Positions 32,272-41,957 of a DNA stretch of 64,000 nucleotides are shown here, one piece after another; the stretch's first letter is position 1, and the number at the start of each line of letters is the position of its first letter. A program made the position numbers and the translations under genes. A model generated the notes under the pieces. The model did not search any database. It was not told where the DNA came from and saw nothing but the letters and a program-made list of their open reading frames with translations. This DNA comes from Bacteroidota bacterium (lineage in GTDB: Bacteria > Bacteroidota > Bacteroidia > B-17B0 > Aurantibacillaceae). The stretch covers positions 222,773 to 286,772 of the forward strand of contig JACPOC010000025.1 of assembly GCA_016185125.1 (NCBI GenBank). The letters are read 5' to 3'.

Positions 32272-32410
32272 CCCCCTGCGCAAGCCTGTGCGTGAGGGAT
32301 TGCAACGGAAAGCCCACAGCCCCGTTTCCGCAATTTTTAATAGCGGGGCGAGGACTTGCAGTGGAAAGCCCGACCCTTCCGCTTCCTTAAATTAACCCGG
32401 CGGAAGGGGC
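32272..32410 (+). repeat. array of three GC-rich stem-loops with a 23-nt direct repeat (period 56)
   Basis: Stems at 32274-32282/32289-32298, 32319-32324/32344-32349 and 32374-32382/32400-32408. Direct repeats are GAGGGATTGCAACGGAAAGCCCA (32294) and GAGGACTTGCAGTGGAAAGCCCG (32350). Confidence 0.8.
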
Positions 32411-32497
32411 ACGCCCAAAAAATATAAATAATTTTAAAAACCCTTTGTTTATACAAGCGCACATTGTAATTTAGTGCTGTTAAATTCTACACCCATC

Positions 32498-33820
32498 ATG
32501 GATCCATTAAAAGATAAATTTAAAACTAAGGCCAGTGTTTTAGCTGCTGAAATAAAAGATATTGTAAAAAATCACGGCGATTTAAAGCTGGGCGAAATTA
32601 CGGTAGCTCAAGTGTACCAAGGTATGCGCGGGATGCCGGGGATGGTTACCGAAACCTCGCGTTTAGATCCTGAAGAAGGAATTCGCTTTAGAGGATACAC
32701 TATTCCCGAATTACGCAAGGCTTTACCTAAAGCTCCGGGCGGCACAGAGCCTTTACCCGAGGGTATATTTTATTTAATGCTGGTGGGCGAACTTCCTACG
32801 CAGGATGATGTAACCTATATTACAACCGAATGGACTAAACGTAACAACGTGCCCAAGCATGTGTTTGATGTGATTGAACAATTGCCTCCTGATACGCATC
32901 CTATGACACAGTTTGTTATTGGCGTTATGGCCATGCAAACCGAAAGCGTTTTCGCGAAAGCTTACGCTAAAGGAATGAGCAAAAAAGATTATTGGGATTA
33001 CGCATACGAAGACAGCATGAATTTAATTGCGCGCCTTCCACGCATTGCCGCTTATATTTACCGTAGAAAATACAAAAACGGTGTTCACATTGAGCCCGAT
33101 CATAAATTAGATTGGGCAGCCAACTTTGCGCACATGTTAGGTTTTGAAGATTTTGACATGAAGCGTTTAATGCGTTTGTATTTAACTATTCACGTTGATC
33201 ATGAAGGTGGAAACGTTTCGGCGCATACCACGCACTTAGTAGGTTCTGCCCTATCCGATCCATATTTAGCTTTTGCAGCCGGAATGAATGGCTTAGCCGG
33301 GCCTCTGCATGGGCTTGCTAATCAGGAAGTTCTGAACTGGATAATGGAATTAAAGGAAACTTTAGGCGGAGGTTTGCCAACTAAAGAACAAATTGCGGAA
33401 TACATTAAAAAGACTTTAACTGAAGGAAAAGTAGTACCCGGATACGGACACGCTGTGTTGCGTAAAACCGATCCGCGTTTTGCCGCTCAGCAGGATTTTT
33501 ATAAGACCTACATTAAGCACGATGATATTTGCGAGATAGTTCAAATGGTTTATGAAGTGGCTCCTCCAATTTTAGAAGGAACAGGCAAGATCAAAAATCC
33601 TTGGCCTAACGTAGATGCTCACTCAGGAGCTTTATTAGTACACTATGGCATGCACGAGTACGATTTTTACACCGTGTTATTTGGTGTGAGCCGTGCCTTA
33701 GGCGTATTGGCAAGTTTGATCTGGGATCGCGCCACCAACTCACCTATTGAGCGTCCGGGTTCATTAACAACCGAAAACATTAAAGCGAAGATTAAAGCAG
33801 CACAAAAAGCGACGCAGTAA
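32498..33820 (+). CDS. gltA: citrate synthase
   Basis: Started at 'MDPLKDKF'. Motifs 'GMRGMPGM', 'HVDHEGGNVSAHT' and 'VPGYGHAVLRKTDPR'. Confidence 0.93.
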   Translation: MDPLKDKFKTKASVLAAEIKDIVKNHGDLKLGEITVAQVYQGMRGMPGMVTETSRLDPEEGIRFRGYTIPELRKALPKAPGGTEPLPEGIFYLMLVGELPTQDDVTYITTEWTKRNNVPKHVFDVIEQLPPDTHPMTQFVIGVMAMQTESVFAKAYAKGMSKKDYWDYAYEDSMNLIARLPRIAAYIYRRKYKNGVHIEPDHKLDWAANFAHMLGFEDFDMKRLMRLYLTIHVDHEGGNVSAHTTHLVGSALSDPYLAFAAGMNGLAGPLHGLANQEVLNWIMELKETLGGGLPTKEQIAEYIKKTLTEGKVVPGYGHAVLRKTDPRFAAQQDFYKTYIKHDDICEIVQMVYEVAPPILEGTGKIKNPWPNVDAHSGALLVHYGMHEYDFYTVLFGVSRALGVLASLIWDRATNSPIERPGSLTTENIKAKIKAAQKATQ

Positions 33821-33840
33821 GCATTCGTTTAAGTATACAA

Positions 33841-33872
33841 AACCGTTTCTTAATCAGGAACGGTTTTTTTTT
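33841..33872 (+). terminator. intrinsic terminator of gltA
   Basis: AACCGTT/AACGGTT stem followed by a 9-T run. Confidence 0.75.
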
Positions 33873-34020
33873 GGACAAAATGATCTTCCTCAATCTGACA
33901 AATTAGAACCATCCCTAATGGATTTTATAATTATTTGTCCTTCCAGGACTAATTATATTCCTATTGAATAGCTGAGCGACTAAATGTTTAACGTTTTGCT
34001 TTATAATACCGGCTTTATAT

Positions 34021-34210
34021 AATTTCTCGTTAAAACTCTTTTGATGTTTAAAAGGAGTTCGAGAAAGACTATCGCACAATAGGCGGTTATTTTGTATTCT
34101 GGTCTTTTGAGAAAGCTTGTGCGGGAGGCTTGGCTGTTCGAGCCCCTAAAGATTTCATAGGGGCGAGTTCCAAGACTCAGCTTAAACATCAAAAAGAGTT
34201 TAGAGAAATT
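34021..34210. repeat. 190-bp element bounded by ~30-bp imperfect terminal inverted repeats (MITE-like or long structured RNA)
   Basis: The left arm is AATTTCTCGTTAAAACTCTTTTGATGTTTAA. The reverse complement of the right arm is AATTTCTCTAAACTCTTTTTGATGTTTAA. The interior contains a GCCCCT/AGGGGC hairpin. Confidence 0.5.
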
Positions 34211-34355
34211 TTATGAAGCCTTGAGTTTTTGTTTCTTTTTGGTCAAGCAAAAAGAAAGGAACGGTTTTTTTATGAAAATGCTTTTTTGAAGGAAAACTAT
34301 TAAGTTCAATTGGCTCATCAAAAGACAAGAGGAATGTAATACAACGAGAAACAAT

Positions 34356-35549
34356 TTAATTAGAAGCAATAAATCCTTTATGAAACTTTTGTTTGGTATT
34401 TGAATCCAACATAAACTCATACATATTATCCTTTAAAGAAGGAAATTTAGTAACCAGATCCATCCCTTCGGCCAGATCTTTAATAATGTTTAGTCCCAAT
34501 GTATTTTGCTTTACTTTCTGAGTAAAATCAAAACCCTTACCGTTATCCCCTATTTTAATATGAATTTGCTCCTGGCTGTCCTTTTTAATACCGATGTAGA
34601 GTTTATAATCGTTATTCTTTAAAAAGGAATGTTTAAAGGAATTAAGGAAAACTTCCGTAACAATTAGACCCATGTGTATGGCTTCTTTGGTGGGCAGATA
34701 ACAATTTACAATGTCAATATGTTCAATTATTTCGTGACTGATGTCTGCATGTGTTTTTTTAAACTCGCTAACTAGTTCTTTTAAATAATCAGAAAGATTA
34801 ATGCTGGTGTAATTTTTAGATTGGCATAACAGATCGTGAATTTTGATCATGGAAATGATGCGCTGCTCGTACTCCTCAAATATTATTTTAGGATCGGTGG
34901 TTTTACCTTTATCCTTGCTTATTCTTAAAAGGCTTATCAAAATAGCGAAGTTATTTCTTACGCGGTGGTTGATTTCTTTTATTAAAAGATCCTTTTCATG
35001 AAGCGCTTTATCGAGCTTAGCTTGAGCCGCACGACGATGGCGCGCTTCAAGGTTAGAAGTAAGTATAAAAGAAACGCTAATGGCAAAACGTTGTTCTTTA
35101 AGAGTAAACTTTTTCTTTGATCCGGCTTTTTCAAAACAAATAACCCCCACTAATTCACCGGCAATGCGCAAGGGTATGTCCATTAACGATTCAACGCCCA
35201 AAGGTTTGGCATAATCTTTACTTAGCTCTTTGGTTGCTTTGTGAGTATGAATGTTTTCGGCAACAATAATTTTATTTTCTTCAAGCGCTTTAAAATAAAC
35301 AGGATATTGGACTTTTTCAATAACCGATTCTTTTTTAAATTCGCGGGTACGGATATCGTACTCTCCCATAGAAACAATGGATGTTTTATCCTGACTATAG
35401 ATCCAGGCATTAATGCGCTCAATTTTTAAAGAAACGATGATGCGCTTGGCAAAATCCTCGAACATGGAATCTATTTCTTCCCTTTCGAGCCAGTGAACTT
35501 TTGATAAATTATCAAGTTCGTCGAGTAAATTTATAGATTGGTCAAGCAT
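34356..35549 (-). CDS. sensor histidine kinase, GAF + HisKA_2-type
   Basis: N-terminal GAF-like region, H box 'EINHRVRNNFAILISLL', ATPase motifs 'IGDNGKGF' and 'LGLNIIKDL'. No adjacent response regulator. Confidence 0.85.
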   Translation of the reverse strand: MLDQSINLLDELDNLSKVHWLEREEIDSMFEDFAKRIIVSLKIERINAWIYSQDKTSIVSMGEYDIRTREFKKESVIEKVQYPVYFKALEENKIIVAENIHTHKATKELSKDYAKPLGVESLMDIPLRIAGELVGVICFEKAGSKKKFTLKEQRFAISVSFILTSNLEARHRRAAQAKLDKALHEKDLLIKEINHRVRNNFAILISLLRISKDKGKTTDPKIIFEEYEQRIISMIKIHDLLCQSKNYTSINLSDYLKELVSEFKKTHADISHEIIEHIDIVNCYLPTKEAIHMGLIVTEVFLNSFKHSFLKNNDYKLYIGIKKDSQEQIHIKIGDNGKGFDFTQKVKQNTLGLNIIKDLAEGMDLVTKFPSLKDNMYEFMLDSNTKQKFHKGFIASN

Positions 35550-35655
35550 TATTCTTAATCTAAGTTAAATATTTAAATTGAAAAAACTAAACAATCGGTA
35601 AAATTATCGGACAAGAGCTTATTTTGCCTTACCTTTATCCTTTAAACAGAATCTC

Positions 35656-36231
35656 ATGAAAAAAACATTAGTTAAGCTTTTTGGTGGCATTTTTATCTCC
35701 ACCATTTCCTTATTCAGTTTCTCATCCTTTAGAAATCCTCCTTTAAATAAAGGTGGCGCCCAACAAAGCATTTATGATTTTAAATTAAAAACTTTAAGCG
35801 GCGAAGACATTAGTTTGGCTAAATTTAAAGGTAAAAAAATGCTGTTGGTGAATGTTGCCAGCGAATGCGGATTTACACCTCAATACAAGAATCTTCAGGC
35901 CTTGCAGGAGCAGTATAAAGATAAAGTTGTTTTAATTGGATTTCCGGCCAATAATTTTGGTGGCCAGGAGCCCGGAAACAGCAAAGACATTGAAACTTTT
36001 TGCACTAAAAACTACGGTGTTACTTTTCAGATGATGGAAAAAATAAGCGTAAAAGGTAAGGACATGCACCCGCTTTATAAATGGTTAAGCACCAAAGAAG
36101 AAAACGGAACCTGCAACGATGCTCCAAACTGGAATTTTTGCAAATACCTTATTGACGAAAACGGAAAGGTGATCAAATTCTTTCCAAGCAAAGTAGATCC
36201 TTTGAGTAAGGATATTACGAGTTTGCTTTAG
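35656..36231 (+). CDS. glutathione peroxidase (Cys type), secreted
   Basis: Motifs 'LLVNVASECGFTPQY', 'LGFPANNFGGQEPG' and 'WNFCKYLI', with a signal peptide. Confidence 0.9.
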   Translation: MKKTLVKLFGGIFISTISLFSFSSFRNPPLNKGGAQQSIYDFKLKTLSGEDISLAKFKGKKMLLVNVASECGFTPQYKNLQALQEQYKDKVVLIGFPANNFGGQEPGNSKDIETFCTKNYGVTFQMMEKISVKGKDMHPLYKWLSTKEENGTCNDAPNWNFCKYLIDENGKVIKFFPSKVDPLSKDITSLL

Positions 36232-36266
36232 GGGTCAGGCTTTACTCGTAACTCTGTGCTTGCTCA

Positions 36267-37493
36267 TTAGCGGAATAACGCCCAAAGCTGATCATAAAAC
36301 AAATTGTAGTTTTTATGCGCTGAAGCTTTGTCTTCAAATTGCAACCGTGCGTTTTTTCGTTTTATCAATTGCTCTTCTTTAGAAAGAAGTGTGAATGCAT
36401 TGATTTCCTCCGCTAATTCCAAAGCTGTTAATTCTACTTTTAATAATTTGCCAAGCGTAGTGTTTACTAATTCCGAGGTTCCGCCGGCATTAGTGGCAAT
36501 AACCGGAATACCAAAAGATAAAGCTTCCATGATAGAAACCGGAACGCCTTCGGTTGTACTTACATTTATGAAAAGATGAACGGGAACTGTGGCGTAAAAG
36601 TTTATGATCTCTTGATTGGAAACATAACCATGAAAGCTAACCGTTAATCCGGGACGCGCTTCAGTACTTAAATCGCGGAGCTTTTGTAATAAAGGCCCGT
36701 CCCCAAAGTGATGCCAGGTAATATCCACTTTTAATAATTGTAAGGCTTCAAAAATAAGAGCCACTCTTTTTAAGGGAATAACATTGGAAACGCTAACAAT
36801 AGTGAAAGCCGCGTCAGAAGTAGGATTTAAGCCCTGATCAAACACTCCTAATCTTGCCAAATGTATTTTCTCCGAATGCTTTGGATATTTATTTTGAAGA
36901 TATTTTTGTCCGAATTCAGAAACCGTAAATATTGCATTGGCTTCTTTAAAAATTACATTGCGCAAAGGCGCGTAATCTGCTTTTAAATGTTCGTACAAAT
37001 CAGAGCCATGCAAACGCAACACAATTTTAACTTTCGGCACTTGTTGTTTGAGATATGGAATAAGCCAGGCCAGATTATCTCCCCAATAAAAATACAAGAG
37101 CGGAGATTCGGCGTTTTTCAATTGTGCAACCAAGTTTTTATACGAAGGGGAGGATAAAGAGGCGCGTGTAATAAACAGACTGATAAAAAACCAATAAAGC
37201 TTTTTAGGTTGAAAGAGTATTCCTTTTACAAAAAACTCTTTTGCATGAAAATGAAAAGGCGCTAAATTAAAAAGGCCTTTGCTTAGTATTTGTTTTTTAT
37301 GGTTGGCGTTTTCGAAAACAGGAGTGAATAATTTTGTTTGTTCGCCTGTTATTAAATTTGCTTCGCTGGGTTTGCCATACAAAGTAAAAACGGAAACCGA
37401 TTGTACTTTGCTTATTGCTACATCAAATTCATTTACTAAAAAAGGCTCCGCTCTTTTATAAGGAAAAAAATTAGCGAACAGAAATACATTCAT
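36267..37493 (-). CDS. glycosyltransferase (GT4-like)
   Basis: 408 aa. The C-terminal half carries 'EGVPVSIMEALSFGIPVIATNAGG' (an E-x7-E-type motif). Confidence 0.85.
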   Translation of the reverse strand: MNVFLFANFFPYKRAEPFLVNEFDVAISKVQSVSVFTLYGKPSEANLITGEQTKLFTPVFENANHKKQILSKGLFNLAPFHFHAKEFFVKGILFQPKKLYWFFISLFITRASLSSPSYKNLVAQLKNAESPLLYFYWGDNLAWLIPYLKQQVPKVKIVLRLHGSDLYEHLKADYAPLRNVIFKEANAIFTVSEFGQKYLQNKYPKHSEKIHLARLGVFDQGLNPTSDAAFTIVSVSNVIPLKRVALIFEALQLLKVDITWHHFGDGPLLQKLRDLSTEARPGLTVSFHGYVSNQEIINFYATVPVHLFINVSTTEGVPVSIMEALSFGIPVIATNAGGTSELVNTTLGKLLKVELTALELAEEINAFTLLSKEEQLIKRKNARLQFEDKASAHKNYNLFYDQLWALFR

Positions 37494-37498
37494 TCCCT

Positions 37499-38209
37499 TT
37501 AAATTTTACTCTTTATGTTTTCGACACCGAGTTTTACTTTACTTTTTCTTACATAATGATCAATCACCATATTCTTTTTTAAAACAATACAAGTATAATC
37601 GGGCTGAACGTATTGTAAGGAATAGGAATTCATGGAGAACAGTTTAAAGCCGTGCGGATAACTGTTATTTAAAAGATCCTGCATGCTTAAAGACTGATCG
37701 ATGATCTGTAATTTATCGGGATGATGTTTTCGGATCCAGTTCAGGCAATTGGGTTCCGGGATATTGATGAGTACGGTTGCTTCCTTTGTGGTAATTTCGT
37801 TTAGCACCTTAAAAAGATTATCATGCTGCTCCACCGGAATATGTTCCAGCACATCGGGTAAAACCACAAAGTCGAATTTAGTTTTATGAATGAACTTACT
37901 CATGTCGCTAACCAAAAACTCAGCGTGTTTAGCGGGATTTAATTTCCGAGCCATCTCCACACTTTCAGAACTAATGTCTACTCCCGTAAAACTTCCCGAA
38001 GGAATGCTTTTAATAATCAAACCGCTTACTGTTCCTATTCCGCAACCTATTTCAATAACTTTTGAGTTGGCTTTCAACCCTACGCTTTTCAAATTTTTAA
38101 GAATAGTACGGTGACGGATGTTTACGCCAATTTTTTTCTGTTTGTCTTTATAGGTATTATAAAAGTCTTCAACCTGTTGTTTGGAGGCAAATTTATCGCT
38201 GTTACTCAT
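37499..38209 (-). CDS. class I SAM-dependent methyltransferase
   Basis: Motif I 'VIEIGCGIGT' and acidic post-I 'DFVVLPDVLEH'. Confidence 0.85.
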   Translation of the reverse strand: MSNSDKFASKQQVEDFYNTYKDKQKKIGVNIRHRTILKNLKSVGLKANSKVIEIGCGIGTVSGLIIKSIPSGSFTGVDISSESVEMARKLNPAKHAEFLVSDMSKFIHKTKFDFVVLPDVLEHIPVEQHDNLFKVLNEITTKEATVLINIPEPNCLNWIRKHHPDKLQIIDQSLSMQDLLNNSYPHGFKLFSMNSYSLQYVQPDYTCIVLKKNMVIDHYVRKSKVKLGVENIKSKI

Positions 38210-38297
38210 TTGTAAAGATGTTGTTCTTAATAAATATTGGCTTTTCTATGTTACATTTAAGCCATTAATTAGCAAATTTATGTAAATAAATGGGTAA

Positions 38298-39749
38298 ATG
38301 ATCAGTAAATCTTTTCTTAAATCTTCTTTAATATTTACTTTGGGCGGAGCGCTGCCCATGCTTGGAAGTATTATTCTGCTTCCCTTTTACACCAATTATT
38401 TAAATGAAATACAATTCGCCCAGGTTTCTTTTTACATTGGCATTTCTTTACTTTTTCAAATACTTTTTTCATATTCCGTCGAGTCTTATTTTGGAATTGA
38501 ATTTTCGCGCTTGCATCAAGATCCTTCTAAACAAAAAAAATTCATTGGTACGATTGCCGCATTGCTGTTAATCATAGGAGTATTTATTTTATTATTCTCT
38601 TCCGTATTTGGTTCCTCTATTTTTTCGCGCATTTACAACACGCAATACGATATGCATTTTTGGCCTTATGGCTTTTACGCAGTGCTTACGGCTTTTTTTA
38701 ATTCTTATTTTAAGGCAGCGAGCATCAGTTTAATTTATTTAAAGCAGGCAAAGCTATTTTTGATTGTTAACATTATAAATTTTTTAGCTACTCTTTTTAT
38801 TTCGGTGGGAGGATTAACACTTTTTCCGGAAACCATTATTGGCCCCATGTACGGACGTTTAATTTCGGGGATAATCATTTTTTTAATGGGACATTATATT
38901 TTTAAACTGAACGGCATTTTTACCTTTGATAAAAGCTTTTTAAAAGATTTGAATAAATTTTGTGCGCCCTATTTTTTATTTGCTATAAGTGCTTGGGTGC
39001 TTGGGCAATTCGATCGTTACATCCTTCAAAAGCATATTCCAACTGTTGATTTAAACGCGTATGATCTTGTTTTAAAATGTTTTTTTGGAATAGAATTTTT
39101 GCAGAACAGTCTTTCGGCGGTTATCTTTCCAAAGCTTTATGAGATATGGAGCAAGAATAAGGAAAACTCTACTACAAAAGAAAGCAATCGCTATTTTAAT
39201 GTATTTACCGCCATTAATATTATTCAGTTAATTCTCTTTTGTATTTTTATTCCTTTAATTTATAAGCTCATTATTAATAAACCCGGCTTTTATCGCGCGG
39301 AAGTTTATATTGGGATTTTATCGGCGGGTTATGCTTTGCGCAGTATTCTCAATTTTTATCTTTCAACTATTTTATATTCAAAAAAAGTAGGCATTTTATT
39401 GAAAATTTTTGGCTTCAGCGCATTGTTTCAAATTGCAATTACAACCATAGCCATTAAACATTTTGGATTGATGGGTGCCATTTACGCCAGCTTGTGTACT
39501 AAGATTTTACAGGTAATTTTCTCGGTTATTTTTACAAAAAATGTATTTGTTTATCATTACAATTATTTTAAAATTATTGCCATTCCTTTTATTTACCTAA
39601 TAATTAATGTGCTTCAATTTACGTTTATGCCGCAATATAACGGTTTGCTGTATGTCGCTCAATTAATTTTATTTCCGGGTATTTTTTATTTTATATTCAA
39701 AAATGAAATAGCGGCTGTTTACCGTCAGTTTTTTGTAAAAAAAGCTTAA
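38298..39749 (+). CDS. polysaccharide flippase (Wzx/MOP-family-like)
   Basis: 483 aa with about 12-14 TM segments, divergent from the glycosyltransferase/methyltransferase pair. Confidence 0.75.
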   Translation: MISKSFLKSSLIFTLGGALPMLGSIILLPFYTNYLNEIQFAQVSFYIGISLLFQILFSYSVESYFGIEFSRLHQDPSKQKKFIGTIAALLLIIGVFILLFSSVFGSSIFSRIYNTQYDMHFWPYGFYAVLTAFFNSYFKAASISLIYLKQAKLFLIVNIINFLATLFISVGGLTLFPETIIGPMYGRLISGIIIFLMGHYIFKLNGIFTFDKSFLKDLNKFCAPYFLFAISAWVLGQFDRYILQKHIPTVDLNAYDLVLKCFFGIEFLQNSLSAVIFPKLYEIWSKNKENSTTKESNRYFNVFTAINIIQLILFCIFIPLIYKLIINKPGFYRAEVYIGILSAGYALRSILNFYLSTILYSKKVGILLKIFGFSALFQIAITTIAIKHFGLMGAIYASLCTKILQVIFSVIFTKNVFVYHYNYFKIIAIPFIYLIINVLQFTFMPQYNGLLYVAQLILFPGIFYFIFKNEIAAVYRQFFVKKA

Positions 39750-39809
39750 CCTTAAATTGATAGAAAAAAAATAACGGAGTAGAATAGATTTTCATTTACA
39801 GAAAAATGT

Positions 39810-39879
39810 TTGGATTCGTGAAGGAAAGTCTGAATCTGCAGAGAAACGTTGGGTCCGTAGAGAAAAGTTTGTATCTGCA
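39810..39879. repeat. imperfect tandem repeat, two 31-nt cores with period 39
   Basis: 39810-39840 and 39849-39879 are identical at 24 of 31 positions by my count. Confidence 0.7.
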
Positions 39880-39977
39880 AATCTCCATGGCCCTTAAGAA
39901 ATTTTTGCTGTAAGTTAAATATCCTCGCAGATATTTATATAATACTCATCAAAATTATCAACAAAACTTAATCCAAC

Positions 39978-40008
39978 AAAAAAGCCGAACCTTTTGGGCT
40001 CGGCTTTT
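39978..40008 (-). terminator. intrinsic terminator of the lipoprotein gene (hairpin usable in both directions)
   Basis: AGCCGA.CC/GG.TCGGCT stem flanked by AAAAAA on the plus side (a U run on the minus strand) and TTTT. Confidence 0.7.
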
Positions 40009-40023
40009 AATTTTTAAATAATT

Positions 40024-41061
40024 TTATTTAGCAAAATCAATGTTATAAGAAATTCCTTTAATAGTAACTGTACCTGCATTATCGCAAGGTGCTCCGGCTT
40101 CTCCGCTTGCATAATCAATAACGCGGGGTTCAGTAGTTCCTTGGCCAAAAGAGGTAAAGGAAGCAACGCCACTAATAAAAGGATGCCATTCAGAATAAGA
40201 AGTAGTTAAAGTTGGCGTTATCGAAACTGCCGAAATTCGTTCAGGAGCGCATTTAAAATCTCTAACAATAGCCTTATCCGGCTTAGTTTCATCCACAACA
40301 TACGCGTAACTTATAGCGTATTTTGTAACTCCGGTAACACTTCCGGTATAAGCAACAAGCGCGCCATTAACAGGGGCGCCCGAAGTTTGACTGTAAATAA
40401 CCCAATTAATGGAGTTTAATTTAGTAGGATTTAAAATGGCAGGATCTTGCGTGTTTAATAAAGTTTTTATCAGTTTTCCTTTCCATACCATTTTTTTAGC
40501 GGAAGTATCGGCAAGGTTTTCAGGAAGAATTGAAAAATAACCATCTAGCGTCCAACTTAATTTTGTTGAAGCAACAGGATAATTAATTGGCGCGTTATTA
40601 GTAATAACAAAGGGCGCGGCACCATTTACAAACCAACCATCTACCCAATAATTGTTTAAGGTTACTTTTGCCACAAAACCGGCATCTCTATAAAATTTAG
40701 AGCCAAAAGTTGCGTTAGAGGGAGAATAATCTACAATTATAGAGCCATTACGTTTTTTTCCATCGCGGCAAGTAACACTTCCGCTATAAATAACGGTTAA
40801 TTTTTTGTTTAAAGTATCGCGGTTGGTAGTAATAGAACCGTTAGCTGAAATTTTACTAAAGTAACCGCTGGATAAAAGGTTTTCACCCAAATAGCTGGCA
40901 ATAATATCAATTTCAGTAATTATTGAGTTGGCAAAGGAAGCGTCTTTAGAACTTTGAAACTCCATATCCTGCTCCGGTGCTACATTTGTTTTTTTGTTGC
41001 AGCCGATAATAAAAAGCATCCCGGCTAGTAAAATCGAACAACCTAATGTAATTTTTTTCAT
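40024..41061 (-). CDS. hypothetical lipoprotein
   Basis: Started at 'MKKITLGCSILLAGMLFIIGC' (lipobox-like 'FIIGC'). No family recognised. Confidence 0.65.
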   Translation of the reverse strand: MKKITLGCSILLAGMLFIIGCNKKTNVAPEQDMEFQSSKDASFANSIITEIDIIASYLGENLLSSGYFSKISANGSITTNRDTLNKKLTVIYSGSVTCRDGKKRNGSIIVDYSPSNATFGSKFYRDAGFVAKVTLNNYWVDGWFVNGAAPFVITNNAPINYPVASTKLSWTLDGYFSILPENLADTSAKKMVWKGKLIKTLLNTQDPAILNPTKLNSINWVIYSQTSGAPVNGALVAYTGSVTGVTKYAISYAYVVDETKPDKAIVRDFKCAPERISAVSITPTLTTSYSEWHPFISGVASFTSFGQGTTEPRVIDYASGEAGAPCDNAGTVTIKGISYNIDFAK

Positions 41062-41135
41062 ATTCATAAAGGGTTTTGAAATAATTTTCTGCAATTTAGC
41101 AAAAAGATTGTAATGCGCAAAATTTGTTAAAAATC

Positions 41136-41957
41136 ATGCTTGTCTTTCCAAATAGTAAGTTAAATCTGGGCTTAAATGTAATAAAAAAGCGGGATGATGG
41201 TTTTCATGACTTGGAAACAATCTTTTATCCTATAAATTGGTGCGATGCGCTTGAAGTGATTGAAAGCAAAAGTTCACATCCTTTTGAATTAACATTTTCA
41301 GGAACAAAAGTGGAAGGAGATTTTAAGGAGAATATTATTTATAAAACCTTTAAGCTGATACAAGAATATAAAGAGATACCAAATATTAAAGTGCACCTTC
41401 ATAAAAACATTCCAATGGGCGCAGGTTTGGGAGGCGGAAGTTCTAACGCTTCTTTTTTTATTAATCTTATTGATAATCAATTCAGCCTTAATTTACCCCA
41501 ATTACAAAAGCACCAAATAGCGGCCCAGCTTGGAAGTGATTGTCCTTTTTTTCTACAAAATAAACCGGTTTATGCGTTTGCAAAGGGTACAGAGTTTAGC
41601 GCAATTAATGTAAACCTTGCTTCGTATTATATATTAGTGGTTTATCCCGGCATTCACAGCAACACCCGTGAAGCGTTTTCAGGACTGTTACCGCAAGCTT
41701 CTAAACATGATCTTAAAAATACGATAGAAACCATTCCTGTTAGTGAATGGAAAAATTTTATGTTTAACGATTTTGAAACAACAATATTTACAAAGTATCC
41801 CCAAATAAAACAATTAAAGGATCATTTGTATTCTGAAGGCGCTTTATATGCCTCGTTAAGCGGAAGCGGCAGCTCTGTTTATGCGATATTTACTGCTAAA
41901 CCTGAAATAAAGCTCAACCCTGTTTATCAATGGTATCTGCAAGCCCCTTCATCATAA
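41136..41957 (+). CDS. ispE: 4-diphosphocytidyl-2-C-methyl-D-erythritol kinase
   Basis: Motifs 'PNSKLNLGLNV' and the GHMP motif 'PMGAGLGGGSSNA'. The ATG at 41136 is preferred over the upstream TTG. Confidence 0.9.
   Translation: MLVFPNSKLNLGLNVIKKRDDGFHDLETIFYPINWCDALEVIESKSSHPFELTFSGTKVEGDFKENIIYKTFKLIQEYKEIPNIKVHLHKNIPMGAGLGGGSSNASFFINLIDNQFSLNLPQLQKHQIAAQLGSDCPFFLQNKPVYAFAKGTEFSAINVNLASYYILVVYPGIHSNTREAFSGLLPQASKHDLKNTIETIPVSEWKNFMFNDFETTIFTKYPQIKQLKDHLYSEGALYASLSGSGSSVYAIFTAKPEIKLNPVYQWYLQAPSS

Noticed and set aside
34001-34420. 63-aa and 69-aa minus-strand ORFs in the gltA/kinase spacer
   Set aside because: Their composition is implausible and they span the inverted-repeat element and hairpins. 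The second overlaps the 3' end of the kinase gene.
24291-35549. Orphan LytTR response regulator (24291-24992) and orphan GAF-HisKA_2 kinase (34356-35549) as a hidden signalling pair
   Set aside because: They are 9 kb apart with unrelated housekeeping genes between them. Orphan two-component genes are common in Bacteroidota, and nothing in the sequence links them.
39781-39900. 'GAAGGAAAGTCTGAATC' resembling the RNase P RNA 'GAGGAAAGTCCGGGC' core
   Set aside because: The spacer is only about 270 nt and lacks the other conserved RNase P helices. The motif is part of a local tandem repeat.
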